Shown here: positions 39,441-53,879 of the stretch, one piece after another | Layout of the letters: each line of letters begins with the position of its first letter | Numbering within the stretch: the stretch's first letter is position 1 | Source of the DNA: Tubiluchus corallicola | Lineage: Eukaryota; Animalia; Priapulida | DNA length: 64,000 bases | Reading direction: 5' to 3' | Assembly: GCA_030141605.1 (NCBI GenBank) | Contig: JAQGDQ010001031.1 | Location: 1 to 64,000 of the forward strand | Notes under the pieces: model-generated | The model's database searches: none | Seen by the model: the letters and a program-made list of their open reading frames with translations, nothing else | What the model was told of the DNA's origin: nothing | Position numbers and translations under genes: made by a program

Positions 39441-40368
39441 ACTTTTTTAAAATTGCTACGTGTTTGTCTAAAAAAATAGTTTCAATAAGATAGCTACGCT
39501 TCGCAAATCATTTATCTCTAAAATAATTACGAGTTTATTATATAGACACCGTTAATGACGTTTCAAATCACAGCTTTTTGGATGCGCGGCAAGATTAAAA
39601 AATTGGTGAGTTCCTTGAGTTTACGTTTTGGGGTTTTTCCAAACTATGAAATTTTATACAGTTTCATAAGAAGCACTTTTGCTTTAATTTTATTATTGAC
39701 AGACATAAGATACTAATCAAAGTTAACAAGCAAACAAGCAACTTAGAGAAATGAAGGTTCACAGCTCATAACGATTTTAACCAATACTACACGAGAGGCT
39801 TTTGTATTAACATTTTAGAGGTTTATGTGCTAAATTCATGATAAACACTTGATGACAAAATTCATTATTAACAAGCCTGATACCAAAAACCAGGTTTATT
39901 TCTTTATAAACTTGTGTGTTTCGCTTTGGTTAGCATTGAAAAACTCCAAATTTAGCACCGCACATACATCTTGCGAAAAACGAAAAATCGGGGAAGAAAG
40001 CAGAAATGACGTCCTGTTTTGAAAGACACTGCGCATGTGTGACTCTCGTCTTTTTTACATGTGAGCAAGTCATGCAGTACGCCAGTAATGGAGCGACTGG
40101 TGTACTGGTTGAAGCAATTTTAATATTAAGCTCCAATCAGAGCTTTGTTCACACTTATTTGAATGAACTATATTTTATAGATAAAATAATATTAGTAACG
40201 AAGTACAACGTGTAAAAGTTTTAGTGTGACATCACTCGTATTTTTTGCTTGGCTTGCTTTCTTGTTGCAGATAATTTTATGTTATCTAATCATTTCTGCT
40301 TTTAAATATTTCACTGCCAAGTTATCTTTTACTGTTCAGACAATGACAAACAGTAATATTAATATTAA

Positions 40369-41137
40369 CTAGCAAAGGCCCCGCAAAAAATTTTGCGTAT
40401 AAATCCACGTATAATCAATAATACGCGAACATTCTACCTAGTCCTCATTTATAACACAAAGCCCGTAACATCCTGCCTACTGTTTGTTTACTTACCTAAC
40501 GCAAAGCCAGCAGCAGCAGCTTTTTGCTGAATTAAAGCTATAAGCAATAATGGATGACGTCACAACAATGGCATTGCGTCAGCAGTTTTCTAAGCGAAAA
40601 TTGCCGAAAATAGAACATCTAATTAACTCGTCGCTACTCCTCTCGGTGGACCTGCCCTAAAATATAGCCCACATCATCGTGTAGCCCCGTTCTTCTTCTT
40701 TCTAAAGAGCTATATATCACCTTCTGAGAGTCCCACCAGTCGCCGCTAGAACGTTTTTTCCGAAGGCTGTTTGGCCAAAATTTCGAAAAAATCGCGAGTT
40801 GGGTCCGGGAAAATGCCCGTTACGGGACGCCGTGGCCCTCTCACGAATTCTAAATAGGCCTATGACACCCACCGCTGAACGGGCTATCTATCCATAGCCA
40901 TATAACTTTTGCAAAAAACGGCCGAAAAATGGCCATTTTTGGGGTTTTTTCGCCCCCCCCCTTCCTTCTGGTGGGCCCAATTCGAAAAATAAACCATCAA
41001 TGGCACGACACTAGATCGAGACCTTTCGTTTGATATATAGATCGCCGCAAATGGTGCCCTCGTCCGGGCTGTAGCCTCGAATATTATATATAAATAAATA
41101 AATATATTAAGATACCAAGAACATATAATATAAGAGA
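40369..41137 (-). mobile_element. Non-autonomous Helitron copy A
   Basis: Starts TCtcttatatt at 41137 and ends with hairpin cgcaaaattttttgcg, then gggcctttgCTAG|T at 40369. Confidence 0.8.
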
Positions 41138-43018
41138 CTAGCCAAACCCCACAAAAAGAATTTTGTGCACAAATCAACACACAACCCACACCACACCACT
41201 CCACCTCATCACACCACACTGCACCACACCATACCACTCCACCTCATCGCACCACACTGCACCACACAATACCACCACACCGCACCGCACCACACCACAC
41301 CACCCACACCATACCACTCCACCACATCACACCACACTGCACCACACCATACCACTGCACCTGCCACACACCACACCACACCACCCACACCATAATACTC
41401 CACCACATCACACCGCACAGCACCACACCATAACACCACACTGCACCACACCACCCACCCACCTACACACCACACCACCCACACCATACCACTCCACCAC
41501 ATCACACCACACCGCACCACACCATACCACTGCAGCACACCGCACCACCCACACACCACACCACACCACCCACACCATACGACTCCACCACATCACACCA
41601 CACTGCACCACACCATACCACTGCACCACCCACACACCACACCACACCACACCACCCACACCATAATACTCCACCACATCACACCGCACTGCACCACACC
41701 ATAACACCACACTGCACCACAACACCCACAAATAGCCAAACCCCACAAAAAGAATTTTGTGCACAAATCAACACACAACCCACACCACACCACTCCACCT
41801 CATCACACCACACTGCACCACACCATACCACTCCACCTCATCGCACCACACTGCACCACACAATACCACCACACCGCACCGCACCACACCATACCACCTA
41901 CACACCACACCACCCACACCATACCACTCCACCACATCACACCACACTGCACCACACCATACCACTGCACCACCCACCCACACACCACACCACACCACCC
42001 ACACCATAATACTCCACCACATCACACCGCACAGCACCACACCCTAACACCACACTGCACCACACCACACCACACCACCCACACCATACCACTCCACCAG
42101 ACTGCACCACAAACACCATACCACTGCAGCACACCGCACCACCCACCCACACACCACACCACACCACCCACACCATACGACTCCACCACATCACACCACA
42201 CTGCTCCACACCATACCACTGCAGCACAAAGCACCACCCACACACCACACCATACCACCCACACCATACGACTCCACCACATCACACCACACTGCACCAC
42301 ACAATACCACCACACCGCATGGCACCACACCATACAGTAGGCAGCTTTTTGCTGAATTAAAGCTATAAGATTATAGACAGAGTACAATGGATGACGTCAG
42401 AACAATGGCTTTGCGTCAGCAGTTTTCTAAGCAAAAATTGTCGAAAATAGAACATCCAATTAACTCGTCGGTACTCCTCTCGGTGGACCTGCCCTAAAAC
42501 ATAGCTCACACCATCGTGTAGCCCCGTTCTTCCTCTTTGTAAAGAGCTATATATCTCCTTCCGAGAGTGCCACCAGGCGACGCTAGAACGTTTTTTCCGC
42601 AGGCAGTTTGGTCAAAATTTCGAAAAAATCGCGAGTTGGGTCCGGGAAAACGCCCGTTGCGGGACCCCGTGGCCCTCTCGCGAATTCTAAATAGGCCTAC
42701 TACACCCACCGCTGAACGGGCTATCTATCCATACCCAGCACCCCCCTCGGCCCGTTCCAGTTCTCTACATCTCAGCCGTATAACTTTTGCAAAAAACGGC
42801 CGAAAAAGGGCCATTTTTGGAGGTTTTTCGCCTCCCCCTTCTCCCGGTGGGCCCGATTCGAAAAATAAACCATCAATGGCACGACACTAGATCGAGACCT
42901 TTCGTTTGATATATAGATCGCCGCAAATGGTGCCCTCGTCGGAGCTGTAGCCTCGAATCTTACATATATATAAATAAATAAATAATATATACCAAGAATA
43001 TTAATATAAGAGTATAGA
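41138..43018 (-). mobile_element. Non-autonomous Helitron copy B with an internal CAC-rich microsatellite expansion
   Basis: Starts A|TCtatactc at 43018. 42340-42990 is homologous to 40515-41110. Ends cacaaaattctttttgtggggtttggCTAG at 41138, abutting the TC of copy A. Confidence 0.75.
41180..42335. repeat. Degenerate (CACCA)n-type low-complexity array with a ~590-bp higher-order duplication
   Basis: cacaccataccactccaccacatcacaccacactgca units. The gccaaaccccacaaaaagaattttgtgcacaaatc marker occurs at 41141 and 41735. Confidence 0.95.
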
Positions 43019-43039
43019 TACAGTATTAAGCTTCATATT

Positions 43040-43620
43040 AATACAGTAAAGCTTACAACAAACTTAGATACGCTTCCAGTAACTGTTAAATCTCTACCTG
43101 GTGCTTGTGTTCCATCTCGTGTCTTTATTGATATTGAAAAGATCTTTGCTTCAGGGTAATTAATCAAGATTGGCAAAATTTTCAAACACAGTTTTAATTG
43201 CATCAAGCCGTGTCTTGTGTACCTCAAACTAACCATGTCTGCTCATAGTCTACTGCTCATGTCTGTTCATAAGCAGGCCACGCCATACGTATTCAGTGTT
43301 TGGAGGTATTTCCACATGCTCCTTTTCTATGTTCTTTATTTCGTTCACAGTACATTGGTAACCCTATTTCTCTGTATTTTAGCAGTAATGTAATTTTAGT
43401 AAATTCCACTGAGATCATTTTCTTTTATGGGTCTTATAATATTAAATGGATTCACTAGTTGTTCAGCTGGATGAAATACCATTGCATCTGTTTTGTCTAC
43501 AAACTACCATGAACAAAAACTTCAGACAGATTCAATATATAGCTTAAATTGAATTTTAACGTTTAATATGTGATTTCTTGACGTCGAATAATTTACAGAT
43601 CCATCCTTGTCAAATATCGA
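43040..43620 (-). mobile_element. Degenerate LINE RT fragment
   Basis: Fragments such as VDKTDAMVF and KILPILINYP resemble the post-YADD RT region; many stops. Confidence 0.4.
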
Positions 43621-45596
43621 GTATTAATTGCCAACCTGCTTGATTAGTTTAATTTAATTTTAATAATCTTGAGCAGTTGGCGCCACAGCACGGAAGTGTT
43701 TAATTCTGATAAAATTCATAATGCCAAAATTCGTGTTTTAGCTTCCTAGTTTTGCCAAGGTAGAAACCATCTGACTATCAAAAAGCAGACACAGCATCAT
43801 TGTGACATATAAGGTCTGTTAACTTGACTTTACACACAGCTATTTGTTATAGTCCGACACGCTTTTGTGTCTTAGTTATTTTTTTCAAAGAAGGGCCTCG
43901 CTTGTTCTTGCTAGATTTTCAAAAATATTTTGCTCATGTTTTTCCCACTTAGAGTGTCGACCAAGATGATAACGTTTTTTTAACTTTGGGATCTGTTTTG
44001 TTAATGTGGGAAATTTAATTTTAATATAATTAAAATTTAAAATTAAATATAATTTAAATTTCAAGTTCGTTTGTTTCTGCAAAGATTTCTGCATTATACC
44101 CCAAACAATCGCCAAAGGTTCGCCAAACGGTATATGAAAGCGTTATATGAAGGACATGTGCCACCTTTGGACATAGTCACATGTCATTAATAACAATTAT
44201 TTACAAGAAATACCTCGACATCCATAATGGTGGTCAAAGGGGAGAAGGCTTAGCAAACTTGAAGTGATTTATTCTCTTCTTTAATTAAGGACAGAAATAT
44301 CTCATCTGGTTTACTATTTCAGTAAACTATTGTATGAGTTCGTAGTTCATGTGCAATCATTGGTCCTTATATTTCAACTGGGAATCACTTGACACTATAC
44401 AAGCTATCAGGTATCCTAGCAGCCTGGTTTGATTGGTCATAAATTAATTGTCACTTTCTTTGTTAATTGTACGTTTTGCCTAAGTTTTGTTTACTATATT
44501 TCTCACCTTCGTGCAGAAAGGCAGAGCAAAATTAGAAACAGCAAAATTTGATACAAGTTCTGTCAGACAGGTCTTTGGTCTTTCAAACATTAAAAATCGC
44601 TTTAAAAATAATGGCGTCTACGAAAAGTAATTCAACTGCAAACGATTGATACTTTTGGTCTGTTTTTGCGAATGAAGAGCCCTAGTAACGGGGATGTGTC
44701 ACAGAAAGAATGTTTTAGAGTGTTTTTATTTTTTACAACTAATTACTGTCCAATTTTCACATTTCATGTCGTAGTTTAGACGTCATAGATGCGTTTTACC
44801 AGAAAGCAAATTTGGGTGAAAAACGTGTTTGTTTACGAAAATCAGCTGTAGCTCTATTATCAACATGCCACAAAATGGTCCACGTCACGGAACAATTTTT
44901 AAAATTAAAAATACAATTCTGATCAGAAGTGCTGATTATTATAATCCGCAATTTTCCTGGAATTATTTTGGTCACTTTGTGACTGGGATGTAATGTCCAA
45001 CTTTGAAGAGCTTTTCGTAACGTAAAAAAGGAACTCAGATTTGAATCATTGACAATTATAATCCAATTCAATGCCATTTGTTTTCATAAGAACCAGAGTC
45101 GCATAAATATGAGTGTAATGAACAAACTTGAACAGCTTTTCACAACATACAAGTCCATTCTAGTTTTTGTAATGCCTGCTGGTTGTATTACAATTTCAAC
45201 TGAAATTATGTGCAATTAATAAACACATACGAATTATTTTACAGTTTGAATCATGAATGGGATGTGTGAGCAAGTTTAAAGAAGTTCTACATCTTTCAAA
45301 TTTTATCAAATTCTATGGCATAGGACACAAGTTCATTTGACGTGCTCTAAGTTCAGTACGCAATGCAGGTCTTTTATTTTGACCATAACTGTAACAAAGA
45401 TTAAGCAGGTCTTATTATCCTGCAATAACTATTTATTGAAATGTATTTCGATTTCTGTAAGTTCTTAAAAGGAAGAAAAGATTTGGTAGTAAGATGGTCG
45501 ACTTGTGCAAATAGGTTGTGCTTAAGGAACTTTGTGTTAATTAAAATGTTCAAACAAACATTATTGGCGCCATATTTCCAGTGCTGAAGAATTTAA

Positions 45597-48500
45597 GGCG
45601 GAGTTAAAAAGCCGTCATGGTGATCAACTCCAACACGTCAGTTTATAGGCGTAACTTTCAGATGCGTGACAACTCAAGCAAATCATTTGCTTTGCAGTCT
45701 TGCTATAAGCGTGAGCAGTGCTCCAGGAAAAACAGAACACTTTTTAGTGAAATGTAATATTGATTCTGAGTGCAAAATGTGTGATTTTGTTAGAAATGTG
45801 AAAATTTTGTTTTCTGTACAAAACAATTTATTCTTTGCACTCAAACACAGAAGTGATCACGATCTATTTTGTCTAATAAATGGATTCTGGCTGCAAGGTG
45901 ATTTAAAATGGGGAATGGTGGCACTTCATAAAGCAAGTTTTAAATTAACATTCTCTCAGTAAAAGTGAAAAATCCCCTGGCTTTTCATTGAAGCTTCATT
46001 AGGTATAAAGCAGCAATTTAACTTTCAAATTTCTCACAGAAAACTGATCACGTTTCGCCATCTTGATTTTAAAAAATACGCGCCACCCTCATCGACCTGA
46101 TTTGCCTGGAATATGGCTTGGACTATGAATTTGCTTTACAAAGTTTATGTCAGGCATCAGCAAGATAATTCTATCTTTATAACTGTCCTGCCGGTGTTTT
46201 ATGGTAAGTGTTAATCTTATGTGCAATCATTTTAAATCACTTACTTTATTTTATATAAATTGGGACCTGTAAGGCAGTGATCTATCAGGCAATAATAATG
46301 TTTTTTGGATGCCTGTATGGCCTGATTACAGTTCAGGTGGTTTTTAAAGCACTCTCAGATCTCCCAAATTAGAAATATCACTAAAAGTAGGACTGCAATA
46401 GACAGTTGCATCCTTCATCTGCACACTGATGTAAAGAAAAGTTGAAACGTTCCTCCTATTTATAAAGAAAAACAACATTAAAAAATTAAAAGTTAAAGGG
46501 AATCTGGCAAATTTTCTCGATGTGCGCCATTTTGCAGCAATCTTGTGTGACAGTAAGTGGTGTTCCTTTGCCAGGTTTGTCAGTATGGCATGTATGGCAG
46601 GTTTGGTGGTACAGCAGGTATGACAGTATGGTGAGTATGGCAGGTTTGTCAGTAGTGCAGGTTTAGCAGGTTTGTCAGTACGGCAGGTTTTGGCAGTTTT
46701 TTCAGCATGCCGGGTTTGACAGGTTTGACAGTATGGCAGTTTTGGCAGGTTTTTCAGTATGCTGGGTTTGGCAGGTTTAACAGTATGGCGGGTGTGGCAG
46801 GTTTGACAGTATGGCGGGTTTGACAGGTTTAACAGTATGGCTGGTTTGCTGGTTCGTTAGTATGGCTGGTAAGGCAGGTATTCTAGGTTTGGCAGCACAG
46901 CAGGTATGGCAGGTATGACAGTATGCCAGATTTGGCAGGTATGACAATATGCCGGGTTTGGCAATACAGCAGGTATGACAGGTTTTTCAGATTGGCAGAC
47001 CTATCTTACAACATTATTTCTGACAATTAGAGTTATTGATCTTGATGAGCACATTCCTTCAATGTAGAAAAGTCTCAATAAGACCCAGAATTCTTGATAT
47101 TGTCATAGATGTTTGGCGTACCAGTTTTTTCAGAGTTTTTGTAAAGTCTTGCTTATGACAACATCGTTGTAACTCGAGGGGTACTGGTTATTTCTCATCA
47201 ATTATTAAATCTAAATCAGTTTTGAATATCTTGCAATCAGATTCAAAATGTGTGCTTACGATGATCAAACCTCTGTATTGTACAGAAACTGTAGCATAAA
47301 AATTAAGATGAAGGACAGTATTTCTACTCTTGTGGTTCCAACTGGACTTGAAGACTTGTAGCTTGTCCATGGGCAGTGTTGACCACAACCTTACCATTAC
47401 AAATTCATTGCCCTCAAATGCAGAATTCACCATTGAGATGAAAATGAAGAAAATTGTGAATTCTGGACGTAAAGATTAAAATTGAAGTCTGTCAGGAGTC
47501 TTGTTGTTGCAAGAGAACAGATTCTGGCCTTGGTCTTAATTTGGGAAGCTAAATTTTTCCTTAGTGTCGGTGTAATCTTCACACTAAATTGTTCATATTA
47601 ATATTATTTTTACAAGAGATTGACCAAAAGATCTTGCAGGTTTCTTAAAATTATCAGGGGAACTTTTTGTAGCAATTAAGTGTCTAACAGATTAAATTAG
47701 TTAATGAAATTGGCTTATGATGAACAAAACTTGTTTTAAGAGAAAACATCTTGAAAACATGAATAAAACTCTTGAAACATTAAGCAAGTCATGCATGCTC
47801 CCATGTATATGTGAGGTGACTGATTTTGATCTTCACTTGCAAAGCCAATGAATTGTCTGAGAAGAAAACTGTTTTTCTGGAAACAGACTGTTCAGTGATT
47901 TGTTTGTGAAATGTTTTCAAAAAACCATGTGACAATTTCCTCTCCTAAAATATGGCATTAATTTTAACATTGAGATCAACTAAGGCAATGAACCAAAAGG
48001 ATTCAAGCCTATCACAATAGGCAGACGTTTTTTTAAATTATTACTTCAAATTACATTAAATAGATTAGAGAACAATATTTGACAACATAATTAGTGACTG
48101 TCAAAATATTATAACACCTGCACAGACAATATAATGATAGTAATTGAAATGTTTTGAATGTTGAAAAAGATTTTATTGTTTAAATTGCCTATTATGAGTT
48201 GAGTTTCAAAAAGTTCATGTGGCTAAAAGTCACTTTAAAACCTGAATCATTTCACATATTCTGCCTACCGTGTCTCACTGCAACGTTGGAAACGTCTAGG
48301 AAGCCACAATTACGACATAATTTTTCTTTCAACAGCTTTATGAATCATGTGCAATGTTGTAAAGAATCAGCTGACTCTCAAATATCACAGACTTGGTGAG
48401 ATGGATGATATGTATACAGCACATTGAAGTCAATTAAAGAGGTGCATCAACTGATATGTTTTATAATTTGCCATAAAGGAAGCTGGAAAGGACAGCAAAA

Positions 48501-49390
48501 CATTTCATGTAGAAGCAGCTCTTAGAAAATTGATGGAAGCTATAGTTCACAATTCTGTTCCTTGGAACTTAATACATGATGAAAGAAATTATGCCATAAT
48601 TATATTGATAAGCCAAGAGAATGAGCGAAAGTCCAAAACTGTTTGAAATGGACTGAATCCACGTTTGTTCATCTTGAGAACAAATAATCATTGTGGAGTT
48701 TCGCTATTCTAAAAAAAGATTACTGGTGATTATGATTAATGGTTAATTGATTTTACCAGGCCTGCAAGAAACACTGAGTTACACTACTGCTTCAGTGATT
48801 AGTTAATTTCACATTGAGTGAGACTGAGTGAGACAGCTGTAAGTATGTGTAAATGTGAAAACTTGTAATGGCAATCTTTTTTGATTTTGTATGGGTCTTT
48901 GTGCTTTGCATAATAACACATTACAAATTTGTTGTTCAGCATTGTGCAAAAAGTATGTGTTGTATATCTTCAAACTGTCGTCACTACACTGGCATGATAG
49001 ACGCGTAATTGTTTGATGAACATAATAAATTGTTTTGTACTATTACTCATTGTTTCTGTATAGTGGATCCTAGCAAAAGAAAGTTACCTTGAAACTTCCA
49101 CCTTTGGAACAAGCAGCAATCCTCTAGTCAAAAGAGACCTTCTTTCAAAACGTAATTTGTAACTGGGTGTAGCTGGCCTTTAGCTAACTTAGGCTCATGT
49201 GAACGAGCATACATCATTGATCAATAGACTTTCCATCGTGTTGCTTTTCCTGTTGGTGGTCACCTCCTTTGGTAATATGGTAAACCTAGGCGGTGGTCCT
49301 ACAGAAAATAGTAAATAAGTTAAAATATTAGGCCTATATGATTATAATTAAGTAAAAAAACAAACAATAGATATATAATGATCATCAAGG
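45597..49390 (+). repeat. Segmental duplication copy 1 (mosaic of old LINE fragments plus a minisatellite)
   Basis: Colinear with 60009-64000 from ggcggagttaaaaagc..tcatggtgatcaactcc to ggtggtcctacagaaaatagtaaataagttaaaat. Contains LINE-like TEHFLVKC (+) and RILGLIETFL..R...IKINN....IGLP (-). Confidence 0.93.
46570..46990. repeat. GGCAGGT(T/A)T-based minisatellite (~26-bp period)
   Basis: Variants of ggcaggtttgacagtatggcgggttt. Confidence 0.9.
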
Positions 49391-49667
49391 CACATGCAAT
49401 TTTGTCATTTTACTTCATATTTGACACGCATTGAGACGCCATTTTATAAATTATACTTTTTATCTTGAGTGAAACGTAAATTCCTTTAATAAACTAATCA
49501 AATAGTTCTTATCAAAATCTCGATTACGATTAAGTGAAATAAATCAAAGACTTGAATAACTAAATCAAATTAAACAAAATATACATACATCTTTGGCATC
49601 AAATCGTGAGTTAAACACAAAATTTATCAACACGTCATCACTGCTTTGAACACATTGAAACTTGAAT

Positions 49668-50745
49668 GACAGGTATTTAAAAGTAGCACGCTAATATTGA
49701 AGCCAGATGTCACCACCTTACAAGTAAGAACAGGTAATTTAACTTAATCAAATCAAAACGCACATTTAACTATTATTATTAACTATTTTGGTTATTTAAT
49801 AAACAAAAATTTTCAACACCTGTCACACAGACATGCCTACAGTAAGCTGTCAACCATAATCAGTGGCTTGTTGTAACATGAGAATTAATTTTTAGCATGT
49901 TTCTGGATATTACATTTTGAAATTCAATTACATCATAATAATTCAAAACAGATTTGTGGTTTAAGTCCATTTCTCAGAAAAGTGTCTCTCTGTATTTGCC
50001 AGAAAAATAACTTTCCAGAAAGAAATTTGTTTGTGCACGGATTTGCGTCAGCTTTCAGATATAAAGTACTACAAAGAAAGGGCATTTGTATGAAAAATTT
50101 TAGTTTCCTAACTGCAGCAAAAGTCGACTGATCGTTACTGACATAGTCCGGAATGCGAAGCATTGGGATATTCAAGCACTGATTTGCGTCAGTTCTGAGA
50201 TACAAAGTACTACCATAACAAGGATTTTTTGATAAATTTTAGTTTCGCAACTGCTGTAAAAGTCGACTGATCGTTACTGATATAGTCCAGAATGCTAAGC
50301 ATTGAATTATTTGTGCACGGATTTGTGACAGGTATTTAAAACTAGAACACAAATATTGAAGCCAGATGTCACCACGTTACAGGTAAGTCAACGTAATCTA
50401 ATCAACACGCACATTTAACTATTATTAGTTATATTGTTATAACAAAAGTTTTGTTTATTTAATAAACAAAAATCCTCAGCACCTGTTACACAGATAATTC
50501 ATCTACCGTCTTCCATCTACTGCAGGCTGCCTACAGTAAGCCGCGTCAGTTATAATCAGCTTTGCCTTCTCACAAGCCGCTTCGAGCAGTTTATAGTGAG
50601 TCTTGTTGTGAAATGAGTTTAAGCATTAATTTCGTTTAACATAAGCCTTCTAGCATGTTTCTAGTTTTTACATTACAAAATTCAATTACATCGTAAGAAT
50701 TTATAACAGATTTGTGGTTTAAGTCCGTTTCTCAGAAAACAGTTT
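49668..50745. repeat. Local direct duplication (49668-49985 vs 50326-50745) flanking two ~140-bp tandem units (50035-50325)
   Basis: gacaggtatttaaa...gaagccagatgtcaccac and acagatttgtggtttaagtcc occur twice; aaagtcgactgatcgttactga..tagtcc.gaatg occurs twice. Confidence 0.85.
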
Positions 50746-50899
50746 CCCAGTATCCCAGGATCTCTCAATAGTCTCCCAAAGAAAAACCGCTTACCAGAAA
50801 AAAAACTTCCCTGAATAATATTTTTCTTGGACATCGTTTATAGAAAAATGTTACGTTTTTAACTTTTACATCTTTATTAAAGTAGGACAAAGCCTTCGA

Positions 50900-50982
50900 T
50901 TTCTCTTTCTCTGTTTACTTATCTCTTGTTACCTCTTTCCTATCACCTCATCTCTCACTTGCTCTCTCTCTCCTTAGCTCTT

Positions 50983-51030
<48 letters not shown>

Positions 51031-51254
51031 CTCCCTCTCTCTCTTTTTCTCATCTCGCTCTTTCTTTCTCTCTCTCTCTCTCTCTCTCTTTTTTTTCTCC
51101 TGCTCGCCCTCTCTTTCTCTCTCTCTCTCTCCTGTCTCTCTTTCTCTTTCTCACTCTCTTTCCAATTGTCTTAGAAGCTCTTTTTTCACTCTCTCTCTCT
51201 CTCTCTCTTTCTCTTTCTCACTCTCTTCCTAATTGTCTTTGAAGCTTTTTCATG

Positions 51255-51285
<31 letters not shown>

Positions 51286-51310
51286 TTCTCATCTTCTCCC
51301 TCCCTTTCAT
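50900..51310. repeat. (CT)n-rich microsatellite
   Basis: Direct inspection. Confidence 0.95.
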
Positions 51311-51724
51311 TCTTTAAATTTTTACCCCTCTCTCCGCCCGCTGTTTTCCTCTATCTACACATCAGCCCTCTCTCTTGCTTTTCCTCTTCCTTTTTCTGTC
51401 TGCTTTCCGCATGGTTAGTTATCTGCAGTGCTTTGATTAATGACTATCAGAAATCATTGTCATTAAAAATGACGCAATGTGTAAGGGGTCAACATTGTTC
51501 TTGTAAAGTTTAATGCTGTTTCGGAAAATATTCTGTTTTGAAACTTCCTTGGAACAATTTTAAGTTGTTAATTGGTTAAAATTGCTTTCTCAAATTAATT
51601 TGCATTGCATCAACTGACTTACATAATCTCTTCAAATTCGATTAACATTCACAAAATTTGAAATAAAGTTAATAGATAATAATTACAAAAAATGAATGCT
51701 TTGTAAACTATAGCCAAATTTTTG

Positions 51725-52060
51725 TTTCCTTGCTGCTGTAAAAGTCGACTGTTTGCTGCAGATGCAATCCGGAATGTGAAGCATTGGGATATTCAAGCAA
51801 TGATTTGTGTCGCGTTTCAAATATGAAGTATTACCAAGATAGGTCATTTTTGTGTTAAATTTAATGTGGTAACTGCTGTAAAAGTCTACTAGTTGTTACA
51901 TTTCTAGTCCGGAATGTGAAACATTGCATTACTCGATTACTCATTTGTGTCAGCTTTGAAATATGAAGTACTACCACAACACGGTATTTTTGTGCTAAAT
52001 TTTTTGGTGTTGTAGCGGCTGTAAAGGCGACTGATTGTTACAGATATAGTCCAGAATGTG
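51725..52060. repeat. About 2.5 diverged copies of the ~140-bp unit seen at 50035-50325
   Basis: gctgtaaaagtcgact...tccggaatgtgaagcattg...atatgaagta recurs. Confidence 0.8.
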
Positions 52061-53370
52061 GAGCAGCGTCAGCATAGAAAACTTTTATACAGTTTACTTA
52101 GTGAAGGTATCACAGTAATGATTAGCTTATTGTGGATTGAATGCGTGATTTGCTCGGTTTCGGTCATCGTGATTGTTCTTATTGAAAAACAGTCGTCGAA
52201 TCTGTTACAAGTTCAGACTTGTTTTACAAGAAAAGAACTTTTGCAGCTTGTATTGCTGACGATGTTTTCAAATAATGCCACAAGAATTTTCACAATATGC
52301 TGTAGGCCAGTCTACTTTTGCGCAATGATTGTTTACAGGCCTATTAGAATATACCATAATGGACCTATAACTTTCGACGGTAGTAAAATATGTCGCTTTT
52401 GCAGAATTTGATGAAAACATGTGAACGACCTCAACGACAATCGTCTCTATCAGCTGGCCACCCTTCCGACCAAAGGTCAAATGCTGTAATGTAGTAATAA
52501 CAGCTTAATTTTTAGCCTAGTTGTGTATAACAGTATCACAGGTACACTCTGATACAGCAGAGCTGCACTAGTTCAATTTTTTCACGGGGAGAGGCGTAAA
52601 TGTAGTTCCTCCATGGCATTTCCCGCGAAATACATAAAAGTTAATAACTCATTAATTAGACAACGTACTGCTAAAAATAAATCGCCAAATTGTTCACGGG
52701 GAAGGCAACTATAAAATAAGTTCAACTTTAAAGCACAAGAAAACCCCCTACTTACATAAAGCTTAAGAAATTCGTTCCAAAATTTTATACCACTTATATA
52801 CTGCCTTTTTGTATGCATGGCTTGCATTGGCTGTAACGGTACATAAAACTTGTAAAATTGAATTCCCGCGATGACAGTTAGGCGCCGCCATGTGAATGGT
52901 AGGTCGTTTGAAACAAGTTTTGATAACATTAAGCAAAGTTTGAAAAAAACAACCAGAGTACTATACATGTTGCTAAGAAAAATTTTAAACTACTGTATAA
53001 ACAATAAGATTAAAAATATGTGGAAAGCGAATAGTGACATTTTACCAATTGGCACAAACATTTTAAATTATTAGTCTAGTTGCATAAGTCTTTCCAGCAG
53101 GTAAGTGAAATGGTAAGAAATATAGATTTGCATGGAAAGTTTTTTTGGTACATAATTTAACATTGTCTGTTTTTGCCCTGATATAAAGGCATAGTGACGG
53201 CATATAATGGTGCTGTTTGAACAGTAATTCGCGAGAATTAAAGTAAAAACAAACGAAAATTCCTTTCAACACGAATACGATATGTGCATAAAATTGCTGA
53301 AAAAGTTGTATAATTTTTTAAGGCGATATATGAAACCTAATTCAGGCGCACTTTTTCTTGTCCAATAAAA

Positions 53371-53597
53371 TACGATTGCAGTGCCTCTGGCTTGTGTGTA
53401 AACCTATCTATGATTGCAGTGCTTCTGGCATGTGTGTAAACCTATCTACGATTGCAGTGCTTCTGACATGTGTGTAAATCTATTTACGATTGCAGTGCTT
53501 CTGGCATGTGTGTAAACCTATCTATGATTGCAGTGCTTCTGGCATGTGTGTAAATCTATCTATGATTGCAGTGCTTCTGGCATGTGTGTAAACCTAT
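53371..53597. repeat. 38-bp tandem repeat, 6 copies
   Basis: gattgcagtgcttctggcatgtgtgtaaacctatctat at 53374, 53412, 53450, 53488, 53526 and 53564. Confidence 0.95.
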
Positions 53598-53879
53598 TTT
53601 TTAACCCTGTATATTTTTTACTGTGGTAACATTTATTTCGTTGCATTCTATTTCATTTTATTACAGTATTTGTATTTTATATGATTTTAATTACCAAAAT
53701 AAAAATTTGAGTCGACAGAAAATTCTGTTTGATGATTTCATTAAGTTTTCTGATAAGACAAAATGTAAATTGCAAACCATGTGATCATCACACAAATAAG
53801 CGACTTAATTATAAATCTTGTGAGGAATGTGATCTGACCACATATTATAGATAAAGAAAAATTTTTCATCAATTTTCTG

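Noticed and set aside
41163-42387. His/Thr/Pro-rich and Val/Trp/Cys/Gly-rich ORFs
   Set aside because: By-products of the CAC-rich microsatellite, which is stop-poor in many frames on both strands. The array is too degenerate and internal to be a telomere tract.
44610-45300. Possible decayed DNA-transposase 5' end (MASTKSN...FYQKAN)
   Set aside because: Too many stops and no catalytic motif or terminal repeats were recognisable, so no call can be supported.
50926-51418. Leu/Ser-rich ORFs
   Set aside because: Translations of the (CT)n microsatellite.
53371-53597. 38-bp repeats (also the 98- and 118-bp arrays) as a CRISPR array
   Set aside because: Units are contiguous with no unique spacers, there are no cas genes and the context is eukaryotic.
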